A DNA stretch of 64,000 nucleotides from Pristiophorus japonicus (taxonomy: Eukaryota), in the NCBI RefSeq assembly GCF_044704955.1, contig NC_091995.1, positions 17,794,001 to 17,858,000 of the forward strand, read 5' to 3'. The notes beneath the pieces are model-generated. The model was not told the DNA's origin. It saw nothing but the letters and a program-made list of their open reading frames with translations, and did no database searches. Below, one piece after another: positions 14,301-28,140 of the stretch (position 1 is its first letter; every line of letters starts with the position of its first letter). The position numbers were made by a program, and so were the translations under genes.

Positions 14301-15375
14301 TGATACAAATTATAATTTAAATGGAGAAACATAGCAAAGTGCTGAAGTAAAGAAGGACATAGAAACATAGAAATGAACAGCGCAGAACTAGGACATTTCG
14401 GCCCACCATGTCCATGCCGTCCGACAAAGAGCAACACTGCCCTCTATCAGCAGCCCTGAATGTTACATATAAACCTATCAACAATGAATAATGGTGGACA
14501 GGTAAAGAGCATGTGGCCCAACCAGTCCGCCCCACACAACTGCAATAACCCATGTATCGCAACATGTCCCACTCCACCCCACCCGGAGCCATGCGATCTC
14601 CTGAAACAGGCAAAAGAGCAGTTAAAAACTCAGGCCAATTGGGAAAAAATCTGGAAAAATTCTTCTCCAACCCATCCAGGTCATCGAAACTAGTCCAGGA
14701 GTTCACTCTGGCCGTATTAGATTCCCTGAAGTACTAACCATCATATCTGCGTCAGCCAACAAGTGGTTATCCAGTCCAATCCCACTTACCAGCTCTAGGA
14801 CCATAACCCTACAGGTTATGACACTTTAAGTGCCCATCTAAGCACCTTTTAAATGTGGCGAGGGTTTCTGCCTCGACCAGCCTTCCAGGCAGTGAGTTCC
14901 AGACCCCAACAATCCTCTGCATGAAGAAGCGTCCCATCCAATCCCAACCAACCACTTTACACCTATGCCCTCTCGTAATTGACCTCTCCACCAAGAGAAA
15001 TAGCCCCTTACTATTCATTATATCCATGTCCCTCAAAAATGTATACACCTCAATGAGGTCTCCTCTCAGCCTCCTCTGTTCCAAGGAGAACAAACCCAGC
15101 CTATCCAATCTCTCCTCATAGCTAGGATTCTCCGTTCCAGGCAGCATCTTCGTAAATCTCCTCTGCACGCTCTCCAGTTCAATCATGTCCTTCCTACAGT
15201 ACGGCGACCAGAACTGCATGCATTATGCCAGCTGTGGTCTAACCAGTATATTATACCTGTTAAGCATAACCTACCTACTTTTGTATTCAATGCCTTGGCC
15301 AATAAAGGCAAGTGTTCCGTATGCCTTCTTAAACCACATTATCCACCTGGCCTGCTACTTTCAGGGATCTGTGGA

Positions 15376-16025
15376 ACAATGGGTCTGGAAGAGTCCGTGT
15401 TCCATGTTTTTATTGAATGCACGAGGTTGCAGCCCCTGTTTTATTATTTAAAGGGGCTGCTCCTGAAATTCTGGCTGCACTTCAGTCCCACACTCCTGAT
15501 CTTTGGGCACCCTGTGCGGAGGGGAGCGGGTAGGTACGAGGGCCTCCTCGTAGGACTGCTCCTGGGCACGGCCAAGGGTGCCATCAGCCGGTCCAGGCAG
15601 CGGGCGGTCAAGGGGGTCGTTCAACCTGACTGCCTGCCTCTCTTCCCCGCGTACATCCGCGCCAGGGTGTCCTTGGAGATGGAGCATGCGGTGTCCACCG
15701 GTACGCTCGCGGCCTTCCGCGAGAGGTGGGCACCGGAGGGACTGGAGTGCATCATCACGCCCGGCAACCAAATTTTAATTTGATTTTATGTTTTAAAGTT
15801 TAATTTGTTTTAATTGCCGGTGTTTTCAGTGTCCCCCTTCTCTTTTATAGGGGGCACTTGGAGGAAAAATATATGATTTTAGTGCCCAAAAAAAAACTTT
15901 AAAAAAAAAACACAAAAAAATAACAAAGAAAACACAAAAAAAGGGCCTTGTAAATGTTTGGTGTGCCCCCCAGATCGAGGGGACATGATTTAAGAATTAA
16001 TGTTTTGGTTTCCTCCCAAAAGAGT
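15376..16025 (+). mobile_element. Tx1-type non-LTR retrotransposon, 3' end
   Basis: EESVFHVFIEC C-terminal Zn-finger region, stop at 15783, A-rich 3'UTR ending aaaagagt. Confidence 0.85.
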
Positions 16026-16033
16026 TCTGTGGA

Positions 16034-19000
16034 CCAATGGTAGAGCTTTGGAGGCGTGGCCTATTCAGTTGGAGCTCTGCTGTTCTGAGAGAAGGAACTC
16101 CCTGCTGAAGCTCCTGTCTGGAAAGCCTGGAGTGAGCCCTGTGAAACAGCCCAGGAAGAGGAGGAGGAGGCTTTCTACATTCCAATCCATCCAGAGGGAG
16201 AGGAGGAGAGCAGAAAACTCAACAACTTTAATACTGCTACAGAGAGTTGGAGCGAGGGGAAAAATAAACAACTATCCAGTGTGGAAGGAGGGAGAAACTT
16301 CATCAACTAAAGATGGGTGTGTTTTGGTGCATTCTCCGAAAGACTTTGTTGTATCGGTGGGGGGAGGAAAGAAGATATCTCGAGGGCCGGAACATCACGG
16401 GGGGTGTGTGTGTGTGGAAGTGTGTGTGGGGTTCTTGCTTACAGCTAGGCCCCACACACCACTGAAGCACCCCTCCCCCATTGCCTAGCCTGGGATAGCT
16501 GGAGCTACCTGTCTGAAGTAGTAATAATCACCCTATTAAACATCGTTGGAAGTGTGTGCCTGGGTGGCTCCAGCTACCCCAGGTGAAGACATCTTCTCCC
16601 CCCATCCGAAGACCATTCTACAAAGACTGTGTTTTTTGCCATCTGGGGCGTGCACCCCAAGAAACACCCACCCATCGCTGTGAGGGGAGACCTGCCCTCG
16701 CAGCTTCCCTCTTTCCCACCCCCTCACACTTTCTCTCTCGCTCTGTCTCTCCCCTCTCTCTCTGAGAGCCCTTTCCTCCTAATTATTAAACAATTAAGAC
16801 AACTGAGTAGAGGGAGCAAGGCCCCTCCCCATTCGTTAACTAGCGAAGAGGTGTGCCCCATTAAGAGCTCCCTCTGCTCAAAACACCAACGAGGCCAATT
16901 AAAGACCATTAAGGCCTGTGACTTTGGGGTGGGTGTAGCCCTTAAAGGAACCCCGTGATGGCGACCCCATCCACACCGGTGGCAGGGCCAGCTAGGACAT
17001 ATGCGCAGGCGGCGTCCACATCCATGGCGCCTCCTGCGCCTCCTGCTGCCCTGCCACCATTCAGACTGATAACAAAAAAACACGGGGTCAAGAGCTACAC
17101 TCACCCCACAATGAGCATTGAGGAGTGCGTGCAGGTGATGGCTGGGGTAGTCGGCCCCTCGGCCATTGTCGCAGCCTCCAAGATGTCTGGGAAATCTGTG
17201 TTCTTCTTGGGGTTGGAGCGGGCGGTGTCCTTGGCCCTCGAAAAGGGGCTCACGGTGGGCGGGACGTTCCTGCCGGTGGACCCTCCCAAGGCCACCGCGC
17301 AGAGGGTCATCCTTTCAAATGTCCCGCCCTTTGTTCCCGCTGGGCTCCTCCTCCCTCAGCTACACCAACTGGGGGAGGTAAGGTCAGGGATCAACCCCAT
17401 ACCGCTCGGCCTCAGGGAGAGCAGCCTGCGCCATGTGTTCTCCTTCCGCCGCCAGCTTTTTGTCTGGCTGGCACGGGAGGAGACGACAGAGGGCAATTTT
17501 CATGTGGTGCACGAGGGGACTGCCTACTGCGTCTTCTGGACGTCGGACAGCGTGCGGTGCCATGCCTGTAGGGAGGTGGGGCACGTTCGCAAGAACTGCC
17601 CCGCCTCCAAGGCCGCCAAACCACCGAGGGCGGCCAAGGCTGGCGCCGCCGCCACCCCTCCCCCTAGTAGCGTCCGTGTGCTGGGAGCCGTAGGTGCACG
17701 GGCATCGTCGGGGGCCTTTGTTTTCACGGCCTCCGGCGGGGTGGGGAGAGGGAGAGCATCCAATCGGAAGGAAGGCGCACAGGAAGGCGAAACATCTCGG
17801 GGCGGGACCCCTCAGTGCGCCAGACAGCTTGAACACCGCGCTCAGCCCAACCCTGACACGGCGAGCGCGTGGTGCCCTGAGCCCGTGCCCGAGCCATTGA
17901 CCAATATCACAGAGGGGCTCGGGCGTGGGCAAGAAAAGAAAAAGGGGGGGGGTGGAGCGGGAGGCCTCGGCAGACATGGAGGTCTCCCTGCCTCCGCGCA
18001 CCCCCAGGAACAAAAGGAGGCGACGCTCCAATGAGGCGTAGAGGGAACAACTTCCCTCCGCGGAGGAGTCAGTGCCTGCCGCGTGTCCCGCGTCCACTAC
18101 CAGTGACCCCAAACTGCGCTGTAGGCGAGAGGAGTCTGTCCCCGGGGAGGGTGAGACAGTCGAGGCTGCCCAGCCTCTGCCTCCTGGGGATGGCATGGAA
18201 GATCTGCCTGTCGTGGGGGCCGTGGGTCCAGCGGAAGAATGCGTTGCCGCCGGGTCGAGTGTCCCGGGAACTGATGCGGGCGGGGCCGAAAAGGCCGAAT
18301 CTGAGCCCGCCCAGTTATTAACCAACTTCCCCCGGGAGTCGCTCGACCCGGCAGAAACTGAAAATGCTAATAATTTTACAGAACTTCCACACGCTGGGCC
18401 AGGGGGTGGCGGCGTGGAGGGGGAAGAACAACAACCCTCGTCCCCTACTTTGGAGCTGAGGTACTTGGAGGACCTGGAACATTACTTTGGCCAGGTCTCT
18501 CCGTGTTCCCCGGTTCCTGGGGCGGAGGAGGAACCCATTCCGCTGTCGCTTCCTGACCCAGCACCACTTTTAAAAGAGCCTAGTGGGGACTCCTCTGCCG
18601 ACGATCCTGGGGGTGGGATCGGGGCAGAGACAGGGTCGGATGGAACGGCCGGGCGGTTTGCCATACCTCGTGTGGTCGACGGTCCGGCTGCTGGCAGCGA
18701 CCTCCCGGAGGGGGACGGGGACTCGGTGGGGGACGAGGGAGAAGATCTCAGTCCATCGCCAGTGAGGCGGTGGATCTCCTTGTGCCCGCCGCTGAGTCCC
18801 CCCTCATTCCTGCAAAGGAACTCCGGGACTTTTTGGTCCAGAGCCAGGGTCGCCGCAACCAAGCCCATCTGGCCCTGGAAAGATGGTCCGAGCCGGGGCT
18901 GCTCATCGCGTCCGTCCGCGCCGCCGCTAAAACCATGGCCGCGGGTGGGCCCTTATCAAATGTGCAAGGCCTTGAGCTGCGCCAGTTCAAAAGGTTCCTC

Positions 19001-20260
19001 GCTGGGCTGCTGAAGGAATGGAGGTCAACAAACGACTCCACTCCCTCCCCACAATAGGTTAGGTAGAGGTTGCACTATGCTTTTGTCATGAAGATAACCA
19101 TAGCCAGCCTCAACATCAACGGCGGCAGAGAGTCACACCATAGATTTCACAATTTTTCGCTCCTGCAAGAGGGGAAATATGCGGTGAGCTTCCTGCAAGA
19201 AACCCACACCGTTCCGGGAGACGAAGCCACGTGGCTCCTGGAATGGCAAGGAGAGGTCCGCATGAGCCACCTCACTACCACTTCTTGTGGGGTGGCCATC
19301 TTGTTGGCCCCGCATTTTCAGCCAGAGATCTTGGGGGTCGAGGAGCCCGTGCCAGGCCGCTTGCTGCACGTCACGTTTCGCCTGGGGGACATGCCGCTCC
19401 ATCTCGTGAACGTGTACGCCCCTCAGCCCGGCCTGCAGCAAACGCGCTTCTTCGAAGAAGTTTCCGCTCTTCTTGGGTCCGTCGACGTCGGCGACTGCAT
19501 TGTCCTCGGGGGGGATTTTAACTGCACCCTCGAGGTGAGGGACGGCTCCGGTGCCCCACAGAGCATGTTCGAGAAGTTGAGGGACCTGGTCAGGTCCTTC
19601 GACTTGGTGGACGTCTGGCGAAATCTCCATCCCGACTTCAGTGCCTTTACTTGGGTGAGGCCTGGAGTAGGATGATCCAGAGTCGACCGCCTTTACATGT
19701 CTCGGGCGTACGTTTCCTGCGTCCCGGCGGCCTCCATGCAGCCGGTGCCGTGTTCGGTCCACCACCTGGTGTGGACGGAGCTCGCTTTGCTCTGCGCGAG
19801 GACGGGGTCCGCGTACTGGCATTTTAACAACCAGCTGCTGGAGGACGTGCGGTTCCAGGACTCGTTCCGTCGTTTCTGGGCCGACTGGAGAAGGAAGCAG
19901 GGGGGCTTCCCCTCCTTGAGGCTATGGTGGGACGTGGGCAAGGCTCACGTCTGCGTCTTCTGTCAAGAGTACGCGAGGGGGTCGACCAAGATGCGGGCGG
20001 CCAGGGTTTGATTTTATATTTTAAAGTTTAATTTGTTTTAATTGCCGGTATTTTTAGTGTCCCCCTCCCCTTCTATAGGGGGCACTTGGAGGAAAAATAT
20101 ATGATTTTAGTGCCCAAAAAAAAACTTTAAAAAAAAACAAAAACACAAAAAAATAACAAAATAAAAACACCAAAAAGGGGCCTTGTAAATGTTTGGTGTG
20201 CCCCCCAGATCGGGGGGACACGATTTAAGAATTCATGTTTTTGTTTCCTCCCAAAAGAGT
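16034..20260 (+). mobile_element. Tx1-type non-LTR retrotransposon, internally deleted (5'UTR, ORF1, APE endonuclease, 3'UTR; RT missing)
   Basis: ORF1 at ~16958 with TYAQA, LSNVPP and CHACREVGHVRKNC knuckle. ORF2 at 19088: MKITIASLNING, LQETH, NVYAP, GDFN, WHFNNQLL; joined to the 3'UTR at ~20007. Confidence 0.88.
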
Positions 20261-23149
20261 TCTGTGGACAAGCAATCCAAGGTCCCCTTGTTCATCTACA
20301 TTGCTAATTGGCTACCATTTAATGTGTGTATTCTTTCCTTATTAGCCTTCCCCAAGTGCATTACCTCACACTTCACTGAATTAAATTCTATTTGCCACTG
20401 TTCTGCCCATCTGACCAGTAGATTGATATCCTCCTGCAGTGCATGAATTTCCTGTTCATTATTAACCACAAAGACAAATTTAGTGTCATCTGCCAACCTT
20501 CATCACACCACCTCTATTCAAATCTAGATTATTGATGTATACCACAAAAAGGAAGGGACCCAATGCTGTGCCCTACGGAACCCCACTGGAAACATCCTTC
20601 CAGTCACATAAACATCCATCAAACATTACCCTTTGCTTCCTACCTCTGATCCAATTTTGGATCCAACTTGCCATTTTTCCCTGGATCCCATTGGCTTTTA
20701 CCTTTGTGACCAGTCTGCCATGTGGTACCTGATCAAAAGCTTTGCTAAAATCCATATACACTACATCGTACACACTACCTTCATCGATCCTCCTGGTTAC
20801 CTCCCCGAAAAATTCAATCAGGTTAGTCAAACACGATCTTCCCTTAACTGTCCCTGATTAATCCTTGCCTTTCAAAATTTTCCTGCCTTCAGGATTTCTT
20901 CCAATAATTTTCCCCGCATTGAGGTTAGACTGACAGGCCTGTAATTACTCGGCCTATCCCTTGCTCCCTTCTTAATCAATAGTACCACATTAGCAGTCCT
21001 TCAGTGTTCCTGCACTATGCCTGAATCCAAAGAGGACTGGAAAATGACGGTTGTGGCCTCGGCTATTTCTTCTTTTGCCCTGCTCACCAGCCTGGGATGC
21101 ATTTCTTCTGAGCCTGTGGAATTATCCACTTTCAAAGCTGCTAAACCCATTAATACCTCCACTCTCACTATGGTTATTTCATGCAGAATTTCACACTCCT
21201 CCTCGATAGCAGTAACAGCATCGCCCCTTTCCTTTGTGAAAACAGACACCAATTTTTCCTTAAAATCCATACCCACATCTTCCGCCTCCACACACAGATT
21301 ACCCTCATGGTCTCTAATAAGCCCTGCCCTTTCTATAGTTAGCCTCTTGCTCTTAATATCTTTATAGAAGATCTTTGGGTTTTCCTTGGTTTTACTTACC
21401 AAGAATTTTTCATGCTTTCCCTTAACATTCCTCATATCTTTTTTAATTTCACCTCTCAACTTTCTATATTTTGAAGATATTCTTCAGAATTTAGCCGTCG
21501 GTATATGACATAAGCTTCCTTTTTTTCTTTATCCATCCCTGTGAGTCCCTAGACTTCCAGGGATTTAGAATAATTATTCCCAGCCGTTTTCTTTAAGGGC
21601 ACGTGTTTGGCCTGAGCCCTCCGGATCTCCTCCTTGAATGCCTCCCATTGTTCCGACATTGATTTACCTTCAAGTAGCTGGTTCCAGTCCACTGTGGCCA
21701 AATCACTTCACAACTTACCAAAGTCTTTCCTTGTCTTTATCAATAACTACCTTGAATCTGACTGAATTATGGTCATTGGCACCAAAGTGCTCTCCCCCTG
21801 ATACCCCTTCCACCTGCCCAGCTTCATTCCCCAAAAGTAAATCCTGAACCGCCCTTTGCCGTGTTGAGCTTGTTAGATACTGACTAAAAAAACTTCTTGG
21901 GTGCATTTTAGGAATTTCACACCCTCTATACACTCTATACCCTTCACAATATATTTGTCCCAATCAATATTAGGATAGTTATAATCCACTATATTACTCT
22001 CCCATGGTTTTTGGACTTCACAGAAAATTGCTCTTCTATCTCACTCCCATTTATTGGGGGTCAAAATACATGTCCAGCAGTGTGATCGCCCATTTTGTAT
22101 TTTTCTGTTCAACCCATATGGCCTTATTTGATGATCCCCCTTCACATCTGTAATAATTTTTTTAATCAATACCGCCCCCCTCCTTTTTACACCCCTTCCT
22201 GTCTTGTCTAAAATTCCTGTAACCAGGAATACTGAACTGCCAAACCTACCGCTCTTTCAGCCATATCTCTGTAATGGCTATAATGTCACACTTCCAAGTT
22301 TCTACCTGTGCTCTCAGCTCATCAGCCTTATTTGCCATACTCTTTTTCATTTAGCACAGGAAGACCTCCATGAGTACTACTTACTAAGCCTTGTTTCCTC
22401 TGTATTACAGATTCACGTTCTACATTCTTGCTTTCCAATTTCAGCCTTACTTCCCTCATTATTGATTGTGATCTCAGGTTCCCATCCTCCTGCTAATCTA
22501 GTTTAAACTCTCCCCAACAGCACTAGCAAAACTCCCTGCGAGGAAATTAGTCCCAGCACGGTTGAGGTGCACAGCTCCTATCTCCCCCAGAAGCATTCCC
22601 AATGCCTCAGGAATTTAAAGCCCTCTCTCCTGCACCAACCATCCAGCCATGCGTTCATCCTCTCTCTCCTTCTATTCTTGTACTCATTAGCACGTGGCAC
22701 CAGTAGTCATCTGTAGACTACTAACTTTACGGTCCTACCCTTTAATTTTTCTTCTAGCTTCCTAAATTCTGCCTACCTATGTCATTGTCCCAATATGGAC
22801 CATAACCTCTGGCTTTAACACTGTCCCGTCAGAATGCCCTGCATCTGCTCTGTGACATCCTTGACCCTGGCATCAACGAGGCAACATGCCATGCTGGAGT
22901 CACGTTCACGGCCATAGAAACGCCTCTCTATTCCCCCAACTATTGAATCCCCTACCAGTAAAGCTCCTTTATGCTTTGTCGCTCCCCTGTGTGCAGCTGA
23001 GCCACCCATGGTGCCATGGACTTGGCTCTCGCTGCACTTCCCAGAGGCACCATAACTTTCACCGGTGCTCAGAAGAGGCTCGCAACTGGAAAGCGAGATG
23101 GACTCAGCGGGTGTGGGGGGAGGGGGAGAAGGGGGGGGGGTTGAATCCT

Positions 23150-23480
23150 GCACGTGGGAAACGCGGCAACCAATCTGCGAACAGCAACGCGATAATGACC
23201 AGGTAATCTATTTTTGTTATGTTGATTGCGTGATAAATATTAGTCAGGAAGCCAGGTATAACCTCTCTCCACTCCTTCGAAATAGTGCCATCGGATCTTT
23301 TACGTCCACCTGAGAGGGTCTTGGTTTAATGTCTCAACCGAAAGACGGCACCTCTGACAATGTAGCACTCCCTCAGCACTGCACTGGGCGTGTAAGCCGA
23401 GTTTTTTCTGCTCAAGTTTCCAGTGTAGGATGTGAACCCACAAACTTCTGACTCACGAGAGGATGCTACCACTAAGACAC
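23150..23480 (-). mobile_element. Deu-domain SINE
   Basis: Reverse complement of the core: ccgaaagacggcacctctgaca..gcactccctcagcactgcact. Confidence 0.75.
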
Positions 23481-24018
23481 TCAAGTATCAAAACGCGGGG
23501 ATGATGTGATTACCGTCGACAACGTATGCTGTTTGATTTACACAACTGTGCTCAGCACCATGCCGTGATATCTGTGCAACACATGTTCATATTTCAAACA
23601 ATTGGCAGGCACTATTCATTTAAATCAAATCCGAGCATGTTTTCTTGTTTATATATTCTGCGTTCTAAGTTCGTCAGTGACTTATCTGTTCAAACAAATA
23701 CAAGATGAGTTTGAAGCACCCATTGCAATAAATGAAGAATTAATCTGAACTGTAAGGCGTTGCTCCTTTGCTTCAAGGTACTCGGTGAAATATTAAAGTC
23801 GTGTTATTTCTTAAATAGCCTTAACATATTAAGTTGCCGACTAAATGAGAAAACATGGTGCTTAATGAACATAGTTCCTGCTGTGTGGTGCTAAACCAGC
23901 AGAGTTTCTGATTTATATATACACGTCAGCGTCAGAGGTGGGACGAATGCTGCGTTCAACAGCACTTTTCGAACTCTGCAGGTCAGATGTGAGCTCGTAG
24001 TGTCCTGCAAGAAGCAAA

Positions 24019-24076
24019 ATGCAAACTATTCACATATGGACGATCATGAATTTAATGACAATATTGCTTCATTTCG
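24019..24076 (+). CDS. Gene B exon 1: signal peptide
   Basis: ATG CAA ACT...CAT TTC G|GTAAGT = MQTIHIWTIMNLMTILLHF + phase-1 G; perfect donor; 58 nt. Confidence 0.75.
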
Positions 24077-24740
24077 GTAAGTCACTGTCTTCTTATTTTC
24101 ACATTTTAATTCTTTATTTATTAAGGCGGACGAGTATGTGGTTTGTTTAAACAGAACTATTATATAATGAAGATATAGCACAGAAAAAACTGCTCTATGT
24201 TGTGCTATTTTGCCTTGAATCCACAATTTCTGCGGCATAAGCATTTTAACTTTCCGGCAACTTTATATATATGTTACACACATTAACGTTCTCCTCCATG
24301 CCATGAACGCATTGTTAAATATATATAATTAAGGGCCTATTAAAATGTACCTATGTAAATAAATTAAATCCCACACTGCTTACCGACTGTTTTATGCATG
24401 AAATTAACGAACATTTTATATCTCCTACCCGACAATTCAACGTCTGTGCATTAGATTGAAGATATCCGAACTGCAATGTCCCCCTAGTAGGAGAGAGAAC
24501 TAGAAGTGCATCAAGAAGCAATGGTTAAATGTTGTCAATGAAATCTTACAAAAAAACAAAGTAAAAACAAAGTAGATCCATCTTTATAAAGTGCTAATTT
24601 CCTCTAATTTCATGCCTTGTAAAGCTTCAGAATAGAGAGATCTGCTCGATCAAGTCCATACGACTATGGACTACAATTGTCAAAAGTTGCCTTGAGAAAC
24701 TGGAAAAAGAATAATATAATAAAACTAACGTTAACGTGCA

Positions 24741-25190
24741 CAGCTGTGGCTCAGTGGGTCCCACCCTCACCTCCGAGTCAGATATTTGTGGGTTCAAGTC
24801 CCTGTCCAGGGATCTGAGCACAAAATCAAGGCTGACACTCCAGAGCAGTGCTGAAGGAGTGCTGCACTGACGGAGGTGCTGTCTTTCGGAATTAACGTTA
24901 AACCGATGATCCATCTGTTCTATCAGGTGGATGTAACAGATCCCATGGTACTATTTCGAAGAAAAGTTGGGAGGTTATTCCCAGTGTACCTGGGTCAGTA
25001 TTTGTCCCTCAATCAACTTAACAAATAATCTGGTCATGATCACATTGCTGTTTTTGTGAGTTTGCTGTGCGCAACGTGACTGCCACGTTTCGCACATTAT
25101 AACAGTGACTACGTTTCAAAAGTACTTAATTGGCTGCAAAGTGCTTTGAGACGCCCGGTGGTCGTGAAATGTCCTCTATAAATGCAAGCT
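24741..25190 (+). mobile_element. tRNA-derived Deu-domain SINE (SacSINE1/AmnSINE-like)
   Basis: A box tggctcagtgg, B box ggttcaagtcc, Deu core gcactg.cggaggtgc.gtctttcgga, L2-like tail tataaatgcaag. Confidence 0.8.
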
Positions 25191-25589
25191 GAGGACATTC
25201 AGGTTGTTTCATCATTTTAACTATTGAATTCTGTTTGAATTTTACACATTCTCCAGTCACCAATGGTTAATAGAGAGATCACTGTGGTGTTTAGCATCTA
25301 TGTGACTTTCAACCTTTTCAGACTAATAAGATTAAACTTGCTCTCGCTTTCTGGAGCTGATTTTGAATTTGTGGGACGGGCGATATTGGATTAACCACCC
25401 GTTGTATACCTGGACCCGATTTCAACTGCAGGCAGCTGATCCAATCTCACCCGTTTTTCAACCTAAAGTTGGAATGACACCCAAATGCAAGAGCGCATCG
25501 GGTGAAGCGTTTAATTCAAGATTCCCAGTTCTGACCCTCGCTCAAAGTGTTAGAGAGATCTGAGGGTAGCGCAGAAAGCATATTAACAT

Positions 25590-26200
25590 GCAGTTACAGC
25601 AAGCGAAAAAGCAAATGGTATGGTGGCCTTTAGTACAAGAGGATTTGAGTATAAGAATAAAGACGTCTTACTGCAATTAAATAGACCACACCTGGAGTAT
25701 TGTGTACAGTTTTGGTCTCCTTACCTAAGCAAGGTTATATTTACCTTTGAGGTAGTGCAACAAATGTTTACCAGACTGATTCCTGGGATGAGGGATTGTC
25801 CAATGAAGAGAGATTGAGTGGACTAGGCCTATATTCTCTAGAGTTTAGAAGAATAAGAGGTGATCCTACAGGGCTTGATCGAGTAAATGCAGGGAGGATT
25901 TTTCCTCTGGCAGAGAAATCTAGAAACCGGGGTCAAAGTCTCAGAATAAAGAGTCGGCCATTTTGGACTGAGATAAGGAGAGACTTCTTCACTCAGAGGG
26001 TGATGAATCTTTGGAATTATCTACCTCAGTGGGATGTAGAGGCTCTATCTTTGAGTATATTGAAGACAAAGATCTATAGATTTTTGGATATTGAAGGATC
26101 AAATGATGTGGGGATAGTACGGGAGAGTGGAGTTGATGTAGAAGATCAGCCATGACCTCACTGAATGGCCTACTCCTGCTCCTAATCCTTATGTTCTAAT
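25590..26200 (+). mobile_element. CR1 3' fragment
   Basis: RPHLEYCVQFWSP, FFTQRVMNLWN. Confidence 0.8.
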
Positions 26201-26816
26201 TTTATTATAAAGATCAAGCCGGCACAATCGGGAGTACTGAAATTAAAATTAATGATTATTCTTTGGAAAGGGGCAGAGGTACTTTGTACCAGATCCATTC
26301 TGTACTTGACCTAGGAGTGCAACCGAAATTGAAAGGCACTCCATTTCCAGCTCCAATATCCCTCAAGTTAACCATTTATACCTCTTCTCGACTCATCTTT
26401 TGCTTCTTTACTTCTGCCATTACTATTTCCTTATGACTTGCATTATCATCCCTTTTGTCAGTTAATCTCTCCTGCCTTCCACCCTGTCGCAGACCATCCC
26501 GTTTGTTCTTTATTCCCCTCCCCTCTTTCACTGCCCCCTGCACCTGCTTAAAACCTGACACATCTTTACCTGTTTCCAGTTCGGGTTAAAGGTAATCGAC
26601 CTGGAACGTTAACTCTGATACTCTGTCTCCACAGATGCAGCCTGACTAATTGACTATTTCCAGAATTTTCTATTATTATACCGCCAATTAAAGATCATTA
26701 ATATGTCAGCATAAATCCTCAGAACAATATTTGATTGAAACCAGTCCTTCTGCGCCGTGTTTTAAGGCAATCACGTGCACTGCTTATTTATATATCGTCT
26801 GTTTACCCACTTGCAG

Positions 26817-27167
26817 CAACTACTGTTGGAAATATCACAGTATTTCAGAACCCGCAATCGCTCACCAAAACCGTGGGACAGACAGCGGACCTGGTCTGCA
26901 CATATGAGGGTACCGATGGAGTTGGCAGCTACAGTTGGCACCGAGGTTCCAAACAGGGAATTGAAGTTTCCAACAATACAGTGCAATACAGTGGCAGGGT
27001 GATGTTGGCAAGTAGAGAGGATTTCCGCCAGTTGAAAAACGCGTCCATTAGAATAATCCAACTGAAACCGGAAGATACAGGGATCTATTTTTGCAAAGTG
27101 CAGCTTGTAGGAATCGCTGCTGCATACGGACCTGGCACAACACTGAACGTGAGGCGTGGTGATGAAG
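26817..27167 (+). CDS. Gene B V1 exon: VJ-type Ig V domain (NCR3/NKp30-like, gene-A type)
   Basis: Acceptor tttacccacttgcag|, donor gaag|gtaagt, 351 nt, phase 1-1. Encodes ITVFQNP..LVC..YSW..GRV..DTGIYFC..YGPGTTLNV. Confidence 0.92.
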
Positions 27168-27329
27168 GTAAGTTTGGATTGGTGGAGTTATTCAGGCGAA
27201 TTAAATTGCACGCAATCATATGCTATTTTTCTAGGGAGTAATATTGGCGCGAAAGGTAAATGATCCATCAAGTCAATTGGAACTCCAAAACCCGCGACCT
27301 CCACCACCTCGAAGGTTAAGGGCAATAGG

Positions 27330-28140
27330 TAGAAACATAGAAATATAGAAACATAGAAAATAGGTGCAGGAGTAGGCCATTCGACCCTTCGAGCCTGCAC
27401 CACCATTCAATAAGATCAGTACCCCTTTCCTGCTTTCTCTCCATACCCCTTGATCCCTTTAGCCATAAGGGCCATATCTAACTCCCTCTTGAATATATTC
27501 AATGAACTGGCATCAACAACTCTCTGCGGCAGAGAATTCTACAGGTTAACAACTTTCTGAGTGAAGAAGTTTCTCCTCTTCTCAGTCCTAAATGGCCTGC
27601 CCCTTCTCCTAAGATTCTGCCCCCTGGTTCTGGACTTCCCCAACATCGGGAACATTCTTCCCGTATATAGCCTGTCCAGTCCAGTCAGAATCTTATACGT
27701 TTCTATGAGATCCCCTCTCATCCTTCTAAACTCCAGTGTATAAAGGCCCAGTTGATCCAGTCTCTCCTCATATGTCAGTCCAGCCATCCCTGGAATCAGC
27801 CTGGTGAACCTTCGCTGCACTCCCTCAATAGCAAGAACGTCCTTCCTCAGATTAGGAGACCAAAACTGAACACAATATTCCAGATGGGGCCTCACCAAGG
27901 CTCTGTATAACTGCAGCAAGACTTCGCTGCTTCTATACTCAAATTCCCTTGATATGAAGGCCAACATACCATTTGCCTTCTTCCCGCCTGCTGTACCTGC
28001 ATGCCAACTTTCAATGAATGATGAACCATGACACGCAGGTCTCGCTGCACCTCCCCTTTTCCTAATCTGCCGCCATTCAGATAATATTCTGCATTCGTGT
28101 TTTTGCCCCCCAAAGTGGATAACCTCACATTTATCTACAT
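27330..28140 (-). mobile_element. Young CR1 3' end in gene B intron
   Basis: (ATAGAAAC)n tail and RT C-terminus; absent from the inverted paralogue at ~57.7 kb. Confidence 0.88.

Larger units (their letters stand above)
14358..23070 (-). mobile_element. Near full-length decayed CR1 interrupted by the Tx1 tandem (pieces 14358-15375 and 20261-23070)
   Basis: Tail at 14358; RT peptides on both sides of the insert; ORF1 esterase LVGDSIV at ~22950. Confidence 0.8.

Noticed and set aside
17101-19822. Long GC-rich overlapping ORFs on both strands
   Set aside because: Shadow frames of the Tx1 ORF1/ORF2.
15778-20268. LTR retrotransposon (260-bp direct repeats)
   Set aside because: The repeats are Tx1 3'UTRs; there is an APE endonuclease, and no TG..CA ends, PBS or integrase.
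24741-24815. tRNA gene
   Set aside because: A and B boxes belong to a SINE head continuous with the Deu core; no cloverleaf evident.
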